Assembly (NCBI RefSeq): GCF_044324875.1
Contig: NZ_CP172185.1
Origin: Escherichia coli
GTDB taxonomy: Bacteria > Pseudomonadota > Gammaproteobacteria > Enterobacterales > Enterobacteriaceae
Length of the DNA stretch: 64,000 bases
Direction: 5' to 3' (one strand)
Shown one piece after another: positions 15,622-32,906 of the stretch (position 1 is the first letter of the stretch; each line of letters begins with the position of its first letter). Position numbers and translations under genes: made by a program. The notes below the pieces were generated by a model. It saw only the letters and a program-made list of their open reading frames with translations. It had not been told where the DNA came from and ran no database searches.

Positions 15622-16209
15622 TTAATAGAAAATGCGTACCGCGCAATAGACCAGCAACAGGGCAAGCACGATATTTAACTGGCGACCATACTGGCGAAAC
15701 AATCGCTGAAACAGATGCCCCGCCAGCGCCCAGCACACATTGCCAAACGTCCCAATCATCGCCAGCAAAACGCTGACGCCAACTACCCAGCTTAGCGCCT
15801 GCGTTTGCGGCAGGACAAACGTCGACAGTGCCGTAACGCCATACAAAATGATTTTGACGTTCACAAACTGCAAAGCAAAGCTGGCCCAAAAGCTGATTGG
15901 TTTTGCCTGAAGTCCGTCTTCCTTTGTTGGACTGGTAGCGATTTTCCACGCCAGCCAGACAATGTATGCCGCTCCTGCCCAACTCAACAGATGCACTGCT
16001 GCCGGGTCGATAACAGCCAGTGAAAACGAAATTCCCGCACACAGCAACATGACGATTAAAAATCCCAGACTCATCCCTGCCAGCACGCGGGTACTCTGAC
16101 GAAATCCGTGCGATGTGGCTGAGCTAAGGGCGAGAATATTGTTCGGTCCTGGCGTCATGGCGGTAATCAGGGTGTAAGTCCAAAAAGCACTTAAAAGGGT
16201 CGGTGTCAC
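15622..16209 (-). CDS. eamB: Cysteine/O-acetylserine exporter (LysE/RhtB family), 195 aa
   Basis: Hydrophobic 195-aa ORF; position matches yfiK. Confidence 0.85.
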   Translation of the reverse strand: MTPTLLSAFWTYTLITAMTPGPNNILALSSATSHGFRQSTRVLAGMSLGFLIVMLLCAGISFSLAVIDPAAVHLLSWAGAAYIVWLAWKIATSPTKEDGLQAKPISFWASFALQFVNVKIILYGVTALSTFVLPQTQALSWVVGVSVLLAMIGTFGNVCWALAGHLFQRLFRQYGRQLNIVLALLLVYCAVRIFY

Positions 16210-16311
16210 TTGTTATCTCCTCTGTTTTGGTAGACAGTACCCGACACGGAACATTTAAAAAAATGAATGTTTTTACATTCTGAATTCGATATTTTTGATA
16301 GGTTTGGAGTT

Positions 16312-17193
16312 ATGGATCTGCGCCGTTTTATTACGCTTAAAACCGTGGTGGAAGAGGGTTCCTTTTTGCGAGCTTCGCAAAAATTGTGCTGTACACAATC
16401 GACGGTGACTTTTCATATTCAGCAGCTTGAACAGGAGTTCTCGGTACAGTTGTTTGAGAAAATTGGTCGACGGATGTGCCTCACTCGCGAAGGAAAAAAG
16501 CTGCTGCCGCACATCTATGAACTTACCCGAGTGATGGATACGCTTCGTGAGGCTGCCAAAAAAGAGTCGGATCCGGACGGGGAACTACGCGTTGTTTCGG
16601 GCGAAACGTTGCTCTCTTACCGAATGCCGGAGGTGTTGCAGCGTTTTCGGCAACGCGCACCAAAAGTGCGTTTATCGTTGCAGTCGCTGAACTGTTACGT
16701 GATCCGTGATGCACTACTGAATGATGAGGCCGATGTTGGCGTCTTTTATCGCGTAGGAAATGATGATGCTTTGAACCGACGGGAGTTGGGTGAACAATCG
16801 CTGGTGCTGGTGGCTTCACCACAAATTGCAGATGTCGATTTTACTGAGCCGGGAAGACATAACGCCTGTAGCTTTATTATCAACGAACCGCAATGTGTCT
16901 TCCGGCAGATATTTGAGAGCACGCTGCGTCAGCGGCGGATCACGGTGGAAAACACCATTGAGCTGTTAAGCATTGAAAGTATCAAGCGTTGTGTCGCGGC
17001 GAATATCGGGGTCAGTTACTTACCGCGTTTTGCGGTGGATAAAGAGCTTGAGAGCGGAGAATTAATTGAATTGCCTTTTGGCGAACAGTCGCAGACCATT
17101 ACGGCCATGTGCGCACACCATGCTGGAAAAGCGGTTAGCCCGGCGATGCACACTTTTATTCAGTGTGTTGAAGAGTGTTTTTTGCCGGGATAA
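16312..17193 (+). CDS. yfiE: LysR-family transcriptional regulator YfiE, 293 aa
   Basis: Start at MDLRRFITLKTVVEEGSF; LysR HTH N-terminus. Confidence 0.8.
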   Translation: MDLRRFITLKTVVEEGSFLRASQKLCCTQSTVTFHIQQLEQEFSVQLFEKIGRRMCLTREGKKLLPHIYELTRVMDTLREAAKKESDPDGELRVVSGETLLSYRMPEVLQRFRQRAPKVRLSLQSLNCYVIRDALLNDEADVGVFYRVGNDDALNRRELGEQSLVLVASPQIADVDFTEPGRHNACSFIINEPQCVFRQIFESTLRQRRITVENTIELLSIESIKRCVAANIGVSYLPRFAVDKELESGELIELPFGEQSQTITAMCAHHAGKAVSPAMHTFIQCVEECFLPG

Positions 17194-17195
17194 AA

Positions 17196-17224
17196 ATAAT
17201 GCCGGGCTTAAACCCGGCATTGAG
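17196..17224. terminator. Bidirectional hairpin between convergent yfiE and srmB
   Basis: AATGCCGGGCTTAAACCCGGCATT palindrome. Confidence 0.6.
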
Positions 17225-17225
17225 A

Positions 17226-18560
17226 TTACTCTTCTGTCGTTTGCGGTGGCACGCCTGTTCCGCTTGGTTTACGGCGCTTACCAATATTTTTGGTGTCGCG
17301 ATGGCGTTTTTTCACCCGCGGCTTCTCTTTCTCTTTAGCTTTTTTCTTCTCGGCGCGTTTTGCCAGTACTTTCTTCGATGGCTTGCCGGTTTGCTTCTCG
17401 CTTGGCGCACGCGTTTTCGGGCGTAACTCATCAATTACACGAGCTTTAATTGGCTCTTCAATATAGCGACCAACTTTGCCCAGCAGCAGATGGTCATGGG
17501 CTTCTACCAGCGAAATTGCGGTGCCTTTACGACCGGCGCGCGCGGTACGTCCGATACGGTGCAAATAAGTATCGCCACTGCGCGGCATATCGAAGTTAAA
17601 GACGTGGCTGACATCAGGAATGTCAATACCGCGTGCGGCAACGTCGGTTGCAACCAGCACGTTAACGCGGCCTTCGGTCAAACGCTTGATCGCTTCATTA
17701 CGCTTGCCTTGTACCATCTCGCCTTCGAGATAGCAGTTGTTGATGCCCGCTTCGCGCAGCCAGTTTGCCAGCTCATGCACACGCTCACGCTTACGCACAA
17801 ATACGATTGAGCGGGTCGCTTCCGGCTGTTTTAACAGATGCACCAGCAATGCGGTTTTATGTTCCAGGTCATCGGCGCGGTAATACCACTGATGAATTTT
17901 TTTGCGCTCACGGGTGGACGGATTGGCAGAAACCTCCACCGGATCTTCCAGCAGACGCTCGGCAAAGTCCTGAATCGCATCGCCTTCCAGAGTTGCCGAA
18001 AAGAGCAGGGTCTGTTTACGCCAGCGCGTTTCGCCAGCAATATGTTCGATATCCTGAGCGAAGCCCATATCCAGCATACGGTCTGCTTCGTCGAGGATCA
18101 GCGTTTCAACCGCGCGGCAATCGAAGTTCTCTTCTTTTATGTATTGCAGCAGACGTCCGGTCGTGGCGACCACGATGTCCTGATTTTCGCTGAACACTTC
18201 CGCGTGGTTCATATAGGCTACGCCGCCGGTGATGGTGGCGATATCCAGATGCGTATGTTTCGCCAGTTCGCGGGCATGATCGGCCACCTGCATCGCCAGC
18301 TCGCGAGTTGGGGTGAGGATCAAAATACGCGGCGGACCGGATTTCTTACGTGGGAAATCGAGCAGGTGCTGCAACGCTGGCAGCAGATACGCCGCCGTTT
18401 TACCGGTGCCTGTCGGCGCAGAACCGAGTACATCACGGCCATCGAGCGCAGGCGGAATGGCGGCAGCCTGAATGGCGGTCGGGCGAGTGAAACCTTTATC
18501 CTGGAGGGCTTCCAGCAGGCTTTCGTCGAGTTCAAGTTCGGAAAAAGTCGTTACAGTCAT
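17226..18560 (-). CDS. srmB: DEAD-box RNA helicase SrmB, 444 aa
   Basis: DEAD box and helicase motifs (GTGKT, DEAD, SAT); basic C-terminal tail. Confidence 0.9.
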   Translation of the reverse strand: MTVTTFSELELDESLLEALQDKGFTRPTAIQAAAIPPALDGRDVLGSAPTGTGKTAAYLLPALQHLLDFPRKKSGPPRILILTPTRELAMQVADHARELAKHTHLDIATITGGVAYMNHAEVFSENQDIVVATTGRLLQYIKEENFDCRAVETLILDEADRMLDMGFAQDIEHIAGETRWRKQTLLFSATLEGDAIQDFAERLLEDPVEVSANPSTRERKKIHQWYYRADDLEHKTALLVHLLKQPEATRSIVFVRKRERVHELANWLREAGINNCYLEGEMVQGKRNEAIKRLTEGRVNVLVATDVAARGIDIPDVSHVFNFDMPRSGDTYLHRIGRTARAGRKGTAISLVEAHDHLLLGKVGRYIEEPIKARVIDELRPKTRAPSEKQTGKPSKKVLAKRAEKKKAKEKEKPRVKKRHRDTKNIGKRRKPSGTGVPPQTTEE

Positions 18561-18691
18561 GTTCTACCTCTGTGTGGGGCGCTGATTATAGACGTTACGG
18601 CTGCAATCTTCATCTGTTTGTATGGATATCGCTTCTCGGGTATTGTTCTCACCCGGTGCTATCGCCGTTTTTCCTGCAAGGTTTTATTTTC

Positions 18692-21045
<2,354 letters not shown>

Positions 21046-21333
21046 TTAATTTACTAAACACGGTTTGGTCAGCATAGCATCATGTTGTGCGATTAAACAC
21101 CTGCTATTTTAATATTTGTTACAGTGGCTAAACACGCTGACGCAGGGCGGCGAGAAAAAGAGAAGTTACTGGCTGGTGGAGGATTAGGTGGTGAAATAAA
21201 AAGGCCGTTGGGTTACTCTTCAGGCAGTTAAATGGGCATTTCTACACAGATAATGCGATGTTCAGATTCTGTAGACTTATAATGATAGATAATGATCCGT
21301 CTACAGCATGACAAACAAAAACAGATGCGTTAC

Positions 21334-21361
21334 GGAACTTTACAAAAACGAGACACTCTAA
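21334..21361 (+). promoter_or_regulatory. SigmaE-dependent promoter upstream of rpoE
   Basis: GGAACTT-N16-TCTAA matches the sigmaE -35/-10 consensus. Confidence 0.75.
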
Positions 21362-21443
21362 CCCTTTGCTTGCTCAAATTGCAGCTAATGGAGTGGCGTT
21401 TCGATAGCGCGTGGAAATTTGGTTTGGGGAGACTTTACCTCGG

Positions 21444-22019
21444 ATGAGCGAGCAGTTAACGGACCAGGTCCTGGTTGAACGGGTCCAGAAGGGAGATCAG
21501 AAAGCCTTTAACTTACTGGTAGTGCGCTATCAGCATAAAGTGGCGAGTCTGGTTTCCCGCTATGTGCCGTCGGGTGATGTTCCCGATGTAGTACAAGAAG
21601 CTTTTATTAAAGCCTATCGTGCGCTGGATTCGTTCCGGGGAGATAGCGCTTTTTATACATGGCTGTATCGGATTGCTGTAAATACAGCGAAAAATTACCT
21701 GGTTGCTCAGGGGCGTCGTCCACCTTCCAGTGATGTGGATGCCATTGAAGCTGAAAACTTCGAAAGTGGCGGCGCGTTGAAAGAAATTTCGAACCCTGAG
21801 AACTTAATGTTGTCAGAAGAACTGAGACAGATAGTTTTCCGAACTATTGAGTCCCTCCCGGAAGATTTACGCATGGCAATAACCTTGCGGGAGCTGGATG
21901 GCCTGAGCTATGAAGAGATAGCCGCTATCATGGATTGTCCGGTAGGTACGGTGCGTTCACGTATCTTCCGAGCGAGGGAAGCTATTGATAACAAAGTTCA
22001 ACCGCTTATCAGGCGTTGA
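21444..22019 (+). CDS. rpoE: RNA polymerase sigma-E factor, 191 aa
   Basis: Start at MSEQLTDQVLVERVQ; ECF sigma regions 2 and 4. Confidence 0.95.
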   Translation: MSEQLTDQVLVERVQKGDQKAFNLLVVRYQHKVASLVSRYVPSGDVPDVVQEAFIKAYRALDSFRGDSAFYTWLYRIAVNTAKNYLVAQGRRPPSSDVDAIEAENFESGGALKEISNPENLMLSEELRQIVFRTIESLPEDLRMAITLRELDGLSYEEIAAIMDCPVGTVRSRIFRAREAIDNKVQPLIRR

Positions 22020-22051
22020 CGATAGCGGGATACTGGATAAGGGTATTAGGC

Positions 22052-22702
22052 ATGCAGAAAGAACAACTTTCCGCTTTAATGGATGGCGAAACGCTGGATA
22101 GTGAGCTGCTTAACGAACTGGCTCATAACCCAGAAATGCAGAAAACCTGGGAAAGCTATCACTTAATCCGTGACTCAATGCGGGGTGATACTCCCGAGGT
22201 GCTCCATTTCGATATCTCTTCACGCGTGATGGCCGCCATTGAAGAAGAGCCAGTACGTCAACCGGCGACATTGATCCCGGAAGCCCAGCCTGCGCCGCAT
22301 CAATGGCAGAAAATGCCATTCTGGCAGAAAGTACGTCCGTGGGCGGCACAGCTTACCCAAATGGGCGTAGCAGCATGCGTATCGCTTGCAGTTATCGTTG
22401 GGGTCCAGCACTATAATGGACAATCTGAAACGTCCCAGCAGCCCGAAACGCCGGTATTTAATACACTGCCGATGATGGGTAAAGCCAGCCCGGTTAGCCT
22501 GGGAGTACCTTCTGAAGCGACCGCAAATAATGGTCAACAGCAGCAGGTACAGGAGCAGCGTCGTCGCATTAATGCAATGTTGCAGGATTACGAACTGCAA
22601 CGCCGACTCCACTCTGAACAGCTTCAGTTTGAGCAGGCGCAAACTCAGCAAGCCGCTGTACAGGTGCCAGGAATTCAAACTTTAGGAACGCAATCGCAGT
22701 AA
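22052..22702 (+). CDS. rseA: Anti-sigma-E factor RseA, 216 aa
   Basis: Start at MQKEQLSALMDGE; central transmembrane segment; Q-rich C-terminus. Confidence 0.9.
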   Translation: MQKEQLSALMDGETLDSELLNELAHNPEMQKTWESYHLIRDSMRGDTPEVLHFDISSRVMAAIEEEPVRQPATLIPEAQPAPHQWQKMPFWQKVRPWAAQLTQMGVAACVSLAVIVGVQHYNGQSETSQQPETPVFNTLPMMGKASPVSLGVPSEATANNGQQQQVQEQRRRINAMLQDYELQRRLHSEQLQFEQAQTQQAAVQVPGIQTLGTQSQ

Positions 22703-23658
22703 TGAAGCAACTTTGGTTTGCCATGTCATTAGTGACAGGTAGCCTGTTATTCTCTGCTAACGCCTCGGCCACTCCCGCGTCCGGGGCGTTATTACAGCAG
22801 ATGAACCTGGCCAGTCAGTCACTGAATTACGAGCTGTCATTCATCAGCATCAATAAACAGGGTGTTGAGTCTCTGCGTTATCGACATGCACGCCTCGATA
22901 ACCGTCCTCTTGCACAATTGTTGCAAATGGATGGCCCGCGCCGGGAAGTGGTACAGCGCGGCAATGAAATCAGCTATTTTGAACCGGGACTTGAACCGTT
23001 CACGCTTAATGGCGATTACATTGTTGATTCTCTACCATCGCTCATCTATACCGATTTCAAACGCCTTTCTCCTTACTACGACTTTATCTCCGTCGGGCGC
23101 ACGCGTATTGCTGATCGTCTTTGCGAAGTCATTCGTGTGGTTGCCCGAGATGGTACACGCTACAGCTACATCGTGTGGATGGACACCGAATCGAAATTAC
23201 CGATGCGGGTTGATCTCCTTGATCGCGATGGTGAAACGCTGGAACAATTTCGCGTGATTGCTTTTAATGTCAATCAGGATATCAGCAGCAGTATGCAGAC
23301 GTTGGCGAAGGCAAATTTGCCGCCGTTGCTTTCTGTTCCTGTAGGTGAAAAAGCTAAATTCAGCTGGACGCCAACCTGGTTGCCACAGGGTTTTAGCGAA
23401 GTTTCCAGTAGTCGACGTCCGCTACCGACGATGGACAACATGCCTATCGAATCACGTCTCTATTCCGACGGATTATTCAGCTTTTCGGTAAACGTTAACC
23501 GCGCTACGCCATCGAGCACCGATCAGATGTTGCGCACCGGACGCAGAACCGTCAGTACAAGCGTACGTGATAACGCCGAAATCACCATTGTCGGTGAACT
23601 GCCGCCGCAAACGGCGAAACGCATTGCCGAGAATATTAAGTTCGGGGCAGCGCAATGA
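22702..23658 (+). CDS. rseB: Sigma-E regulatory protein RseB, 318 aa
   Basis: Signal peptide; start overlaps the rseA stop (ATGA). Confidence 0.9.
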   Translation: MKQLWFAMSLVTGSLLFSANASATPASGALLQQMNLASQSLNYELSFISINKQGVESLRYRHARLDNRPLAQLLQMDGPRREVVQRGNEISYFEPGLEPFTLNGDYIVDSLPSLIYTDFKRLSPYYDFISVGRTRIADRLCEVIRVVARDGTRYSYIVWMDTESKLPMRVDLLDRDGETLEQFRVIAFNVNQDISSSMQTLAKANLPPLLSVPVGEKAKFSWTPTWLPQGFSEVSSSRRPLPTMDNMPIESRLYSDGLFSFSVNVNRATPSSTDQMLRTGRRTVSTSVRDNAEITIVGELPPQTAKRIAENIKFGAAQ

Positions 23659-24134
23659 TCAAAGAGTGGGCTACCGTCATCTCCTGGGAAAACGGGCAGG
23701 CGCTGGTTAGTTGTGATGTTAAAGCCTCATGCAGCAGCTGCGCTTCACGCGCCGGTTGCGGTAGCCGCGTGTTGAATAAACTTGGCCCGCAAACCACGCA
23801 TACCATTGTCGTACCCTGTGATGAACCGTTAGTGCCGGGGCAAAAAGTGGAATTGGGGATCGCCGAAGGCAGCCTGCTTAGCTCCGCATTACTGGTTTAT
23901 ATGTCGCCGTTGGTGGGACTATTCCTCATCGCTTCACTATTTCAGCTACTCTTTGCTTCAGATATTGCAGCATTATGCGGTGCGATTCTCGGTGGCGTTG
24001 GTGGATTCCTGATTGCACGTGGCGGCTCTCGAAAGTTTGCTGCCCGGTCTGAATGGCAACCGATCATCTTAAGCGTGGCATTGCCGCCTGGCCTTGTGCG
24101 ATTTGAAACATCTTCGGAAGACGCGAGCCAGTGA
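23655..24134 (+). CDS. rseC: RseC, 159 aa
   Basis: Overlaps rseB stop; hydrophobic C-terminal half. Confidence 0.85.
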   Translation: MIKEWATVISWENGQALVSCDVKASCSSCASRAGCGSRVLNKLGPQTTHTIVVPCDEPLVPGQKVELGIAEGSLLSSALLVYMSPLVGLFLIASLFQLLFASDIAALCGAILGGVGGFLIARGGSRKFAARSEWQPIILSVALPPGLVRFETSSEDASQ

Positions 24135-24331
24135 TTTCACTGGCTTTGTTGCATTTTGCATAACAAATGCGAGGACGTTTCCAGATACCACAATCCATAC
24201 GGTATGAACATTTCCTCGCCTCAATGTTGTAGTGTAGAATGCGGCGTTTCTATTAATACAGACGTTAAGCTCAGAACAGCGACTTCTAAAAGCCTGGTTA
24301 ACCGGGCATTAAGGCACAATAATCATACTTT

Positions 24332-26131
<1,800 letters not shown>

Positions 26132-26146
26132 CCCTTAGGAGTTGGC

Positions 26147-27121
26147 ATGGCGAATATGTTTGCCCTGATTCTGGTGATTGCCACACTGGTGACGGGCATT
26201 TTATGGTGCGTGGATAAATTCTTTTTCGCACCTAAACGGCGGGAACGTCAGGCAGCGGCGCAGGCGGCTGCCGGTGACTCACTGGATAAAGCAACGCTGA
26301 AGAAAGTTGCGCCGAAGCCTGGCTGGCTGGAAACCGGTGCTTCTGTTTTTCCGGTGCTGGCTATCGTATTGATTGTGCGTTCGTTTATTTATGAACCGTT
26401 CCAGATCCCGTCAGGTTCGATGATGCCGACTCTGTTAATCGGTGATTTTATTCTGGTAGAGAAGTTTGCTTATGGCATTAAAGATCCTATCTACCAGAAA
26501 ACGCTGATCGAAACCGGTCATCCGAAACGCGGCGATATCGTGGTCTTTAAATATCCGGAAGATCCAAAGCTTGATTACATCAAGCGCGCGGTGGGTTTAC
26601 CGGGCGATAAAGTCACTTATGATCCGGTCTCGAAAGAGCTGACGATTCAACCGGGATGCAGTTCCGGTCAGGCATGTGAAAACGCGCTGCCGGTCACCTA
26701 CTCCAACGTGGAACCGAGCGATTTCGTTCAGACCTTCTCACGCCGTAATGGTGGGGAAGCGACCAGCGGATTCTTTGAAGTGCCGAAAAACGAAACCAAA
26801 GAAAATGGAATTCGTCTTTCCGAGCGTAAAGAGACACTGGGTGATGTGACGCACCGCATTCTGACAGTGCCGATTGCGCAGGACCAGGTGGGGATGTATT
26901 ACCAGCAGCCAGGGCAACAACTGGCAACCTGGATTGTTCCGCCGGGACAATACTTCATGATGGGTGACAACCGCGACAACAGCGCGGACAGCCGTTACTG
27001 GGGCTTTGTGCCGGAAGCGAATCTGGTCGGTCGGGCAACGGCTATCTGGATGAGCTTCGATAAGCAAGAAGGCGAATGGCCGACAGGTGTGCGCTTAAGT
27101 CGCATTGGCGGCATCCATTAA
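26147..27121 (+). CDS. lepB: Signal peptidase I, 324 aa
   Basis: SGSMxPTL catalytic Ser motif and GDNRDNSxDSRYWG box. Confidence 0.95.
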   Translation: MANMFALILVIATLVTGILWCVDKFFFAPKRRERQAAAQAAAGDSLDKATLKKVAPKPGWLETGASVFPVLAIVLIVRSFIYEPFQIPSGSMMPTLLIGDFILVEKFAYGIKDPIYQKTLIETGHPKRGDIVVFKYPEDPKLDYIKRAVGLPGDKVTYDPVSKELTIQPGCSSGQACENALPVTYSNVEPSDFVQTFSRRNGGEATSGFFEVPKNETKENGIRLSERKETLGDVTHRILTVPIAQDQVGMYYQQPGQQLATWIVPPGQYFMMGDNRDNSADSRYWGFVPEANLVGRATAIWMSFDKQEGEWPTGVRLSRIGGIH

Positions 27122-27135
27122 TAGCCCATCTTCGT

Positions 27136-27166
27136 TCACGTTGTCGCCGTTATGGCGACAACGTGA
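27136..27166 (+). terminator. Hairpin after lepB, in the rnc leader region
   Basis: Inverted repeat TCACGTTGTCGCC-GTTAT-GGCGACAACGTGA. Confidence 0.5.
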
Positions 27167-27363
27167 ATTATTTATGAGATAAATCTCCCGTGGCTAACGA
27201 CATCCCCCGTCGTTGTGTATAGAATATTCCCCCGAAGTTTAAGGTTGGCACCTCCAGGTTGCCACGGCACACGAAACAGCGTTGGTCCCCATATACCGGT
27301 AAACTGAAACTGCAGCGAAGCAGTTAGCAGAACCATGTATATCAGGTCTGTTTCGTGTGCTGA

Positions 27364-28976
<1,613 letters not shown>

Positions 28977-28987
28977 GAGTAACTCCG

Positions 28988-29716
28988 ATGGAAGGCTGGC
29001 AGCGCGCATTTGTCCTGCATAGTCGCCCGTGGAGCGAAACCAGCCTGATGCTGGACGTCTTCACGGAGGAATCGGGTCGCGTGCGTCTGGTTGCCAAAGG
29101 CGCACGCTCTAAACGCTCTACTCTGAAAGGTGCATTACAGCCTTTCACCCCTCTCTTGCTACGTTTCGGCGGGCGTGGCGAAGTCAAAACGCTGCGCAGT
29201 GCTGAAGCCGTCTCGCTGGCGCTGCCATTAAGCGGTATCACGCTTTACAGCGGTCTGTACATCAACGAACTTCTCTCCCGCGTACTGGAATACGAGACGC
29301 GCTTCTCTGAACTCTTTTTCGATTACTTGCACTGCATTCAGTCTCTTGCCGGGGTCACTGGTACGCCAGAACCCGCGCTGCGCCGCTTTGAACTGGCACT
29401 GCTCGGGCATCTGGGCTATGGCGTCAATTTTACCCATTGTGCGGGTAGCGGCGAGCCGGTAGATGACACCATGACGTATCGTTATCGCGAAGAAAAAGGG
29501 TTTATCGCAAGCGTCGTTATCGACAATAAAACGTTCACCGGAAGGCAGTTAAAAGCGTTAAACGCGCGGGAATTTCCTGACGCAGACACACTGCGCGCCG
29601 CGAAACGCTTTACCCGCATGGCGCTTAAGCCGTATCTTGGCGGTAAACCATTAAAGAGCAGGGAACTGTTCCGGCAGTTTATGCCTAAGCGAACGGTGAA
29701 AACACATTATGAATGA
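28988..29716 (+). CDS. recO: DNA repair protein RecO, 242 aa
   Basis: Sequence and position in the rnc-era-recO-pdxJ-acpS operon. Confidence 0.9.
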   Translation: MEGWQRAFVLHSRPWSETSLMLDVFTEESGRVRLVAKGARSKRSTLKGALQPFTPLLLRFGGRGEVKTLRSAEAVSLALPLSGITLYSGLYINELLSRVLEYETRFSELFFDYLHCIQSLAGVTGTPEPALRRFELALLGHLGYGVNFTHCAGSGEPVDDTMTYRYREEKGFIASVVIDNKTFTGRQLKALNAREFPDADTLRAAKRFTRMALKPYLGGKPLKSRELFRQFMPKRTVKTHYE

Positions 29717-29727
29717 TGAGGATTGTC

Positions 29728-30459
29728 ATGGCTGAATTACTGTTAGGCGTCAACATTGACCATATTGCAACGCTGCGTAACGCACGCGGTACTGCTTACC
29801 CGGATCCGGTGCAGGCGGCGTTTATTGCTGAGCAGGCGGGAGCAGACGGCATTACCGTGCATTTACGTGAAGATCGCCGCCACATTACTGACCGTGATGT
29901 GCGCATCCTGCGTCAGACGCTGGATACCCGCATGAATCTGGAGATGGCGGTGACCGAAGAGATGCTGGCGATCGCCGTTGAAACAAAGCCGCATTTTTGC
30001 TGCCTGGTACCTGAAAAGCGTCAGGAAGTAACAACCGAAGGCGGCCTGGACGTCGCAGGGCAGCGTGAAAAAATGCGCGATGCCTGCAAACGTCTGGCAG
30101 ATGCCGGGATCCAGGTTTCTCTGTTTATCGACGCCGATGTAGAGCAGATCAAAGCTGCGGCAGAGGTTGGCGCACCGTTTATCGAGATCCACACAGGTTG
30201 CTATGCTGATGCCAAAACTGACGCCGAACAGGCGCAAGAGCTGGCGCGTATCGCCAAAGCCGCGACCTTTGCCGCTAGTCTCGGTCTGAAAGTTAACGCT
30301 GGTCACGGTCTGACCTATCACAACGTGAAAGCTATTGCCGCCATCCCTGAGATGCATGAACTGAATATCGGTCATGCCATTATTGGTCGTGCAGTGATGA
30401 CCGGACTGAAAGATGCGGTGGCAGAAATGAAGCGTCTGATGCTGGAAGCGCGTGGCTAA
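29728..30459 (+). CDS. pdxJ: Pyridoxine 5'-phosphate synthase, 243 aa
   Basis: Start at [21 protein letters not shown]. Confidence 0.9.
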
Positions 30460-30839
30460 TGGCAATATTAGGTTTAGGTACGGATATTGTGGAGATCGCT
30501 CGCATAGAAGCGGTGATCGCCCGATCCGGTGAGCGCCTGGCACGCCGCGTATTAAGCGATAACGAATGGGCAATCTGGAAAACGCACCACCAGCCGGTGC
30601 GTTTTCTGGCGAAGCGTTTTGCTGTGAAAGAAGCGGCGGCAAAAGCGTTTGGCACCGGGATCCGCAATGGTCTGGCGTTTAATCAATTTGAAGTATTCAA
30701 TGATGAGCTCGGCAAACCACGGCTACGGCTATGGGGTGAGGCATTAAAACTGGCGGAAAAGCTCGGCGTTGTAAATATGCATGTAACGCTGGCAGATGAA
30801 CGCCACTATGCTTGTGCCACGGTAATTATTGAAAGTTAA
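30459..30839 (+). CDS. acpS: Holo-ACP synthase, 126 aa
   Basis: [17 protein letters not shown]-terminus; overlaps pdxJ stop. Confidence 0.95.
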
Positions 30840-30864
30840 AAAAATACCGTTCTCTTTATAAAGT

Positions 30865-30906
30865 AAAACCCCCGAACTGGTAAGGAACGGGGGTTTTACT
30901 TTTTAA
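30865..30906 (+). terminator. Rho-independent terminator after acpS
   Basis: AAAACCCCCGAACTGGTAAGGAACGGGGGTTTTACTTTTT. Confidence 0.8.
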
Positions 30907-31258
30907 CTTTAATTTTGTGCAGCACGCACCCTCAACAAGAGCGATTATGGATCAGGGCGGTTATCTTTTACAAGCAACTTGCAATCTTTAGCATAAAAAC
31001 TCGAGCCTTTACGAAGAAAACAATATTGATGGAAAGATTAACGTGACCGCCAATTCGGAAGTACATTAAAATTGGCTTCGTTATTGGCGATTTTGCTGTG
31101 CTTTATACCATGCCACAGAATTCCCCCATTGAAACGAGTGGTGTCGTCAAAGCTCTGGTGTGGAGTGCAGCATGCACCCTCAATAACTCGCACGTTCAGT
31201 TTTGGGGAGATGTAAGGGCTAATCTGAACGGCTGCATTCCTTGTTTAAGGAAAAACGA

Positions 31259-31339
31259 ATGACTGATTGCCGATACCTTATTAAACGGGTCATCAAAATC
31301 ATCATTGCTGTTTTACAGCTGATCCTTCTGTTCTTATAA
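31259..31339 (+). CDS. shoB: Type I toxin ShoB, 26-aa hydrophobic peptide
   Basis: ATG preceded by AAGGAAAAACGA; encodes MTDCRYLIKRVIKIIIAVLQLILLFL*; acpS-yfhL intergenic position matches the shoB/ohsC locus as recalled. Confidence 0.7.
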   Translation: MTDCRYLIKRVIKIIIAVLQLILLFL

Positions 31340-31533
31340 CATAAGGAAACGTACTTAAGGCGCGTCAGGTTAACCAGCCAGGCGCGCCTTTAATAATTAT
31401 AAATAAGTGCTTATACAGATAGTGTTATCATTCATGAAATAATTGATATTTATGATCACATCACGAAAATAAATATAAGAACCTGAAGGTTCACACTATA
31501 AAGTCAACAATAGTCTACTCCAGGAGCAGAATA

Positions 31534-31830
<297 letters not shown>

Positions 31831-31849
31831 TTATACGCGCATTCTTTAC

Positions 31850-32698
31850 TCAGACCAGTTTTTTCACCAGCGCTTCACTATGACGAATACGTTCTGGTGC
31901 CAGTTCCAGATCCTGCTGAATCAGCGCAATGAACAGCAAATCCGTTAACATTCCCTGCGCGTGGCAAGCAGAGATTGAAGCACTGTTTGTCGCTTGTTCT
32001 TCGGCAATGGTATACAGGCAATGAGAAGCGCGCTGTTGCAGGGCATTGGGAGTAAAGCCGGTAATCGCCAGCACTTTTCCGCCCACTCGCAGCATCTCAT
32101 CTGCCGCCAGGTTTAACTCGCGTCGTACACCGGTGTAAGAAATGGCTAATAACAGATCGTCAGGGGACGACGCCTGTACGGTAGCGAGTAGCGCATGCAT
32201 ATCGCGCACTGCGGCAGCATTGAAGCCAATCTTCATCAGCTTCCAGGCAAAGTTTTGCGCCACCAGACCCGAAGCGCCAATACCGGTCAGAATTATCCGC
32301 CGCGCAGAGCGCAACATTGTTACGCATTCATGCAGTTTCTCTTCACTATTAACGTTTAGCGTTGCGTACATAGCGGCAGTATTTTCTTTAATCAGTTTTT
32401 CGCCGACCAGCCGTAACGGATCATCACCGCGGATTTGGTTATGAATGGGCACGGAGGGCGATTCCGGCTGGCTTGCCAGCGCTTCACTCAACGCCAACTT
32501 AAGCGCCGGAAAACCTTTATAGCCGAGTTTTTGCGCGAACTTCACGACGCTGGACTGACTGACTCCGGCTTCGTTGGCCAGTTGCTGAGAGCTTAAATGG
32601 CGCGCCGTATCAGGTTGTAGCAGCAGATAATCCGCCAGTTTTTTATCACTCTGGGCAAGCCCCTGGTAACGCTGACGGATACGAAGTAAGCCGTTCAT
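31850..32698 (-). CDS. yfhH: RpiR-family transcriptional regulator (HTH plus SIS domain), about 282 aa
   Basis: Start placed at MNGLLRIRQRYQ; HTH followed by SIS domain; start uncertain. Confidence 0.75.
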   Translation of the reverse strand: MNGLLRIRQRYQGLAQSDKKLADYLLLQPDTARHLSSQQLANEAGVSQSSVVKFAQKLGYKGFPALKLALSEALASQPESPSVPIHNQIRGDDPLRLVGEKLIKENTAAMYATLNVNSEEKLHECVTMLRSARRIILTGIGASGLVAQNFAWKLMKIGFNAAAVRDMHALLATVQASSPDDLLLAISYTGVRRELNLAADEMLRVGGKVLAITGFTPNALQQRASHCLYTIAEEQATNSASISACHAQGMLTDLLFIALIQQDLELAPERIRHSEALVKKLV

Positions 32699-32906
32699 AT
32701 CTTTCCTCGCGATGAAATAGTGGCGACAACAGGCAATATGAGACAAACGCGAGTGAATTTTATATTCCATTGCCGCTAATTTCCATGAATTAAAAATTCC
32801 AGTTAGCCATGATGCGGTCGATTGTTGCCGGAAAAGTGATGATCTATCTGTTAGGCTATGTAGTAGCGAAAATTAATCAGGATGTTTCAGTCCAGAGGAG
32901 TATGGT

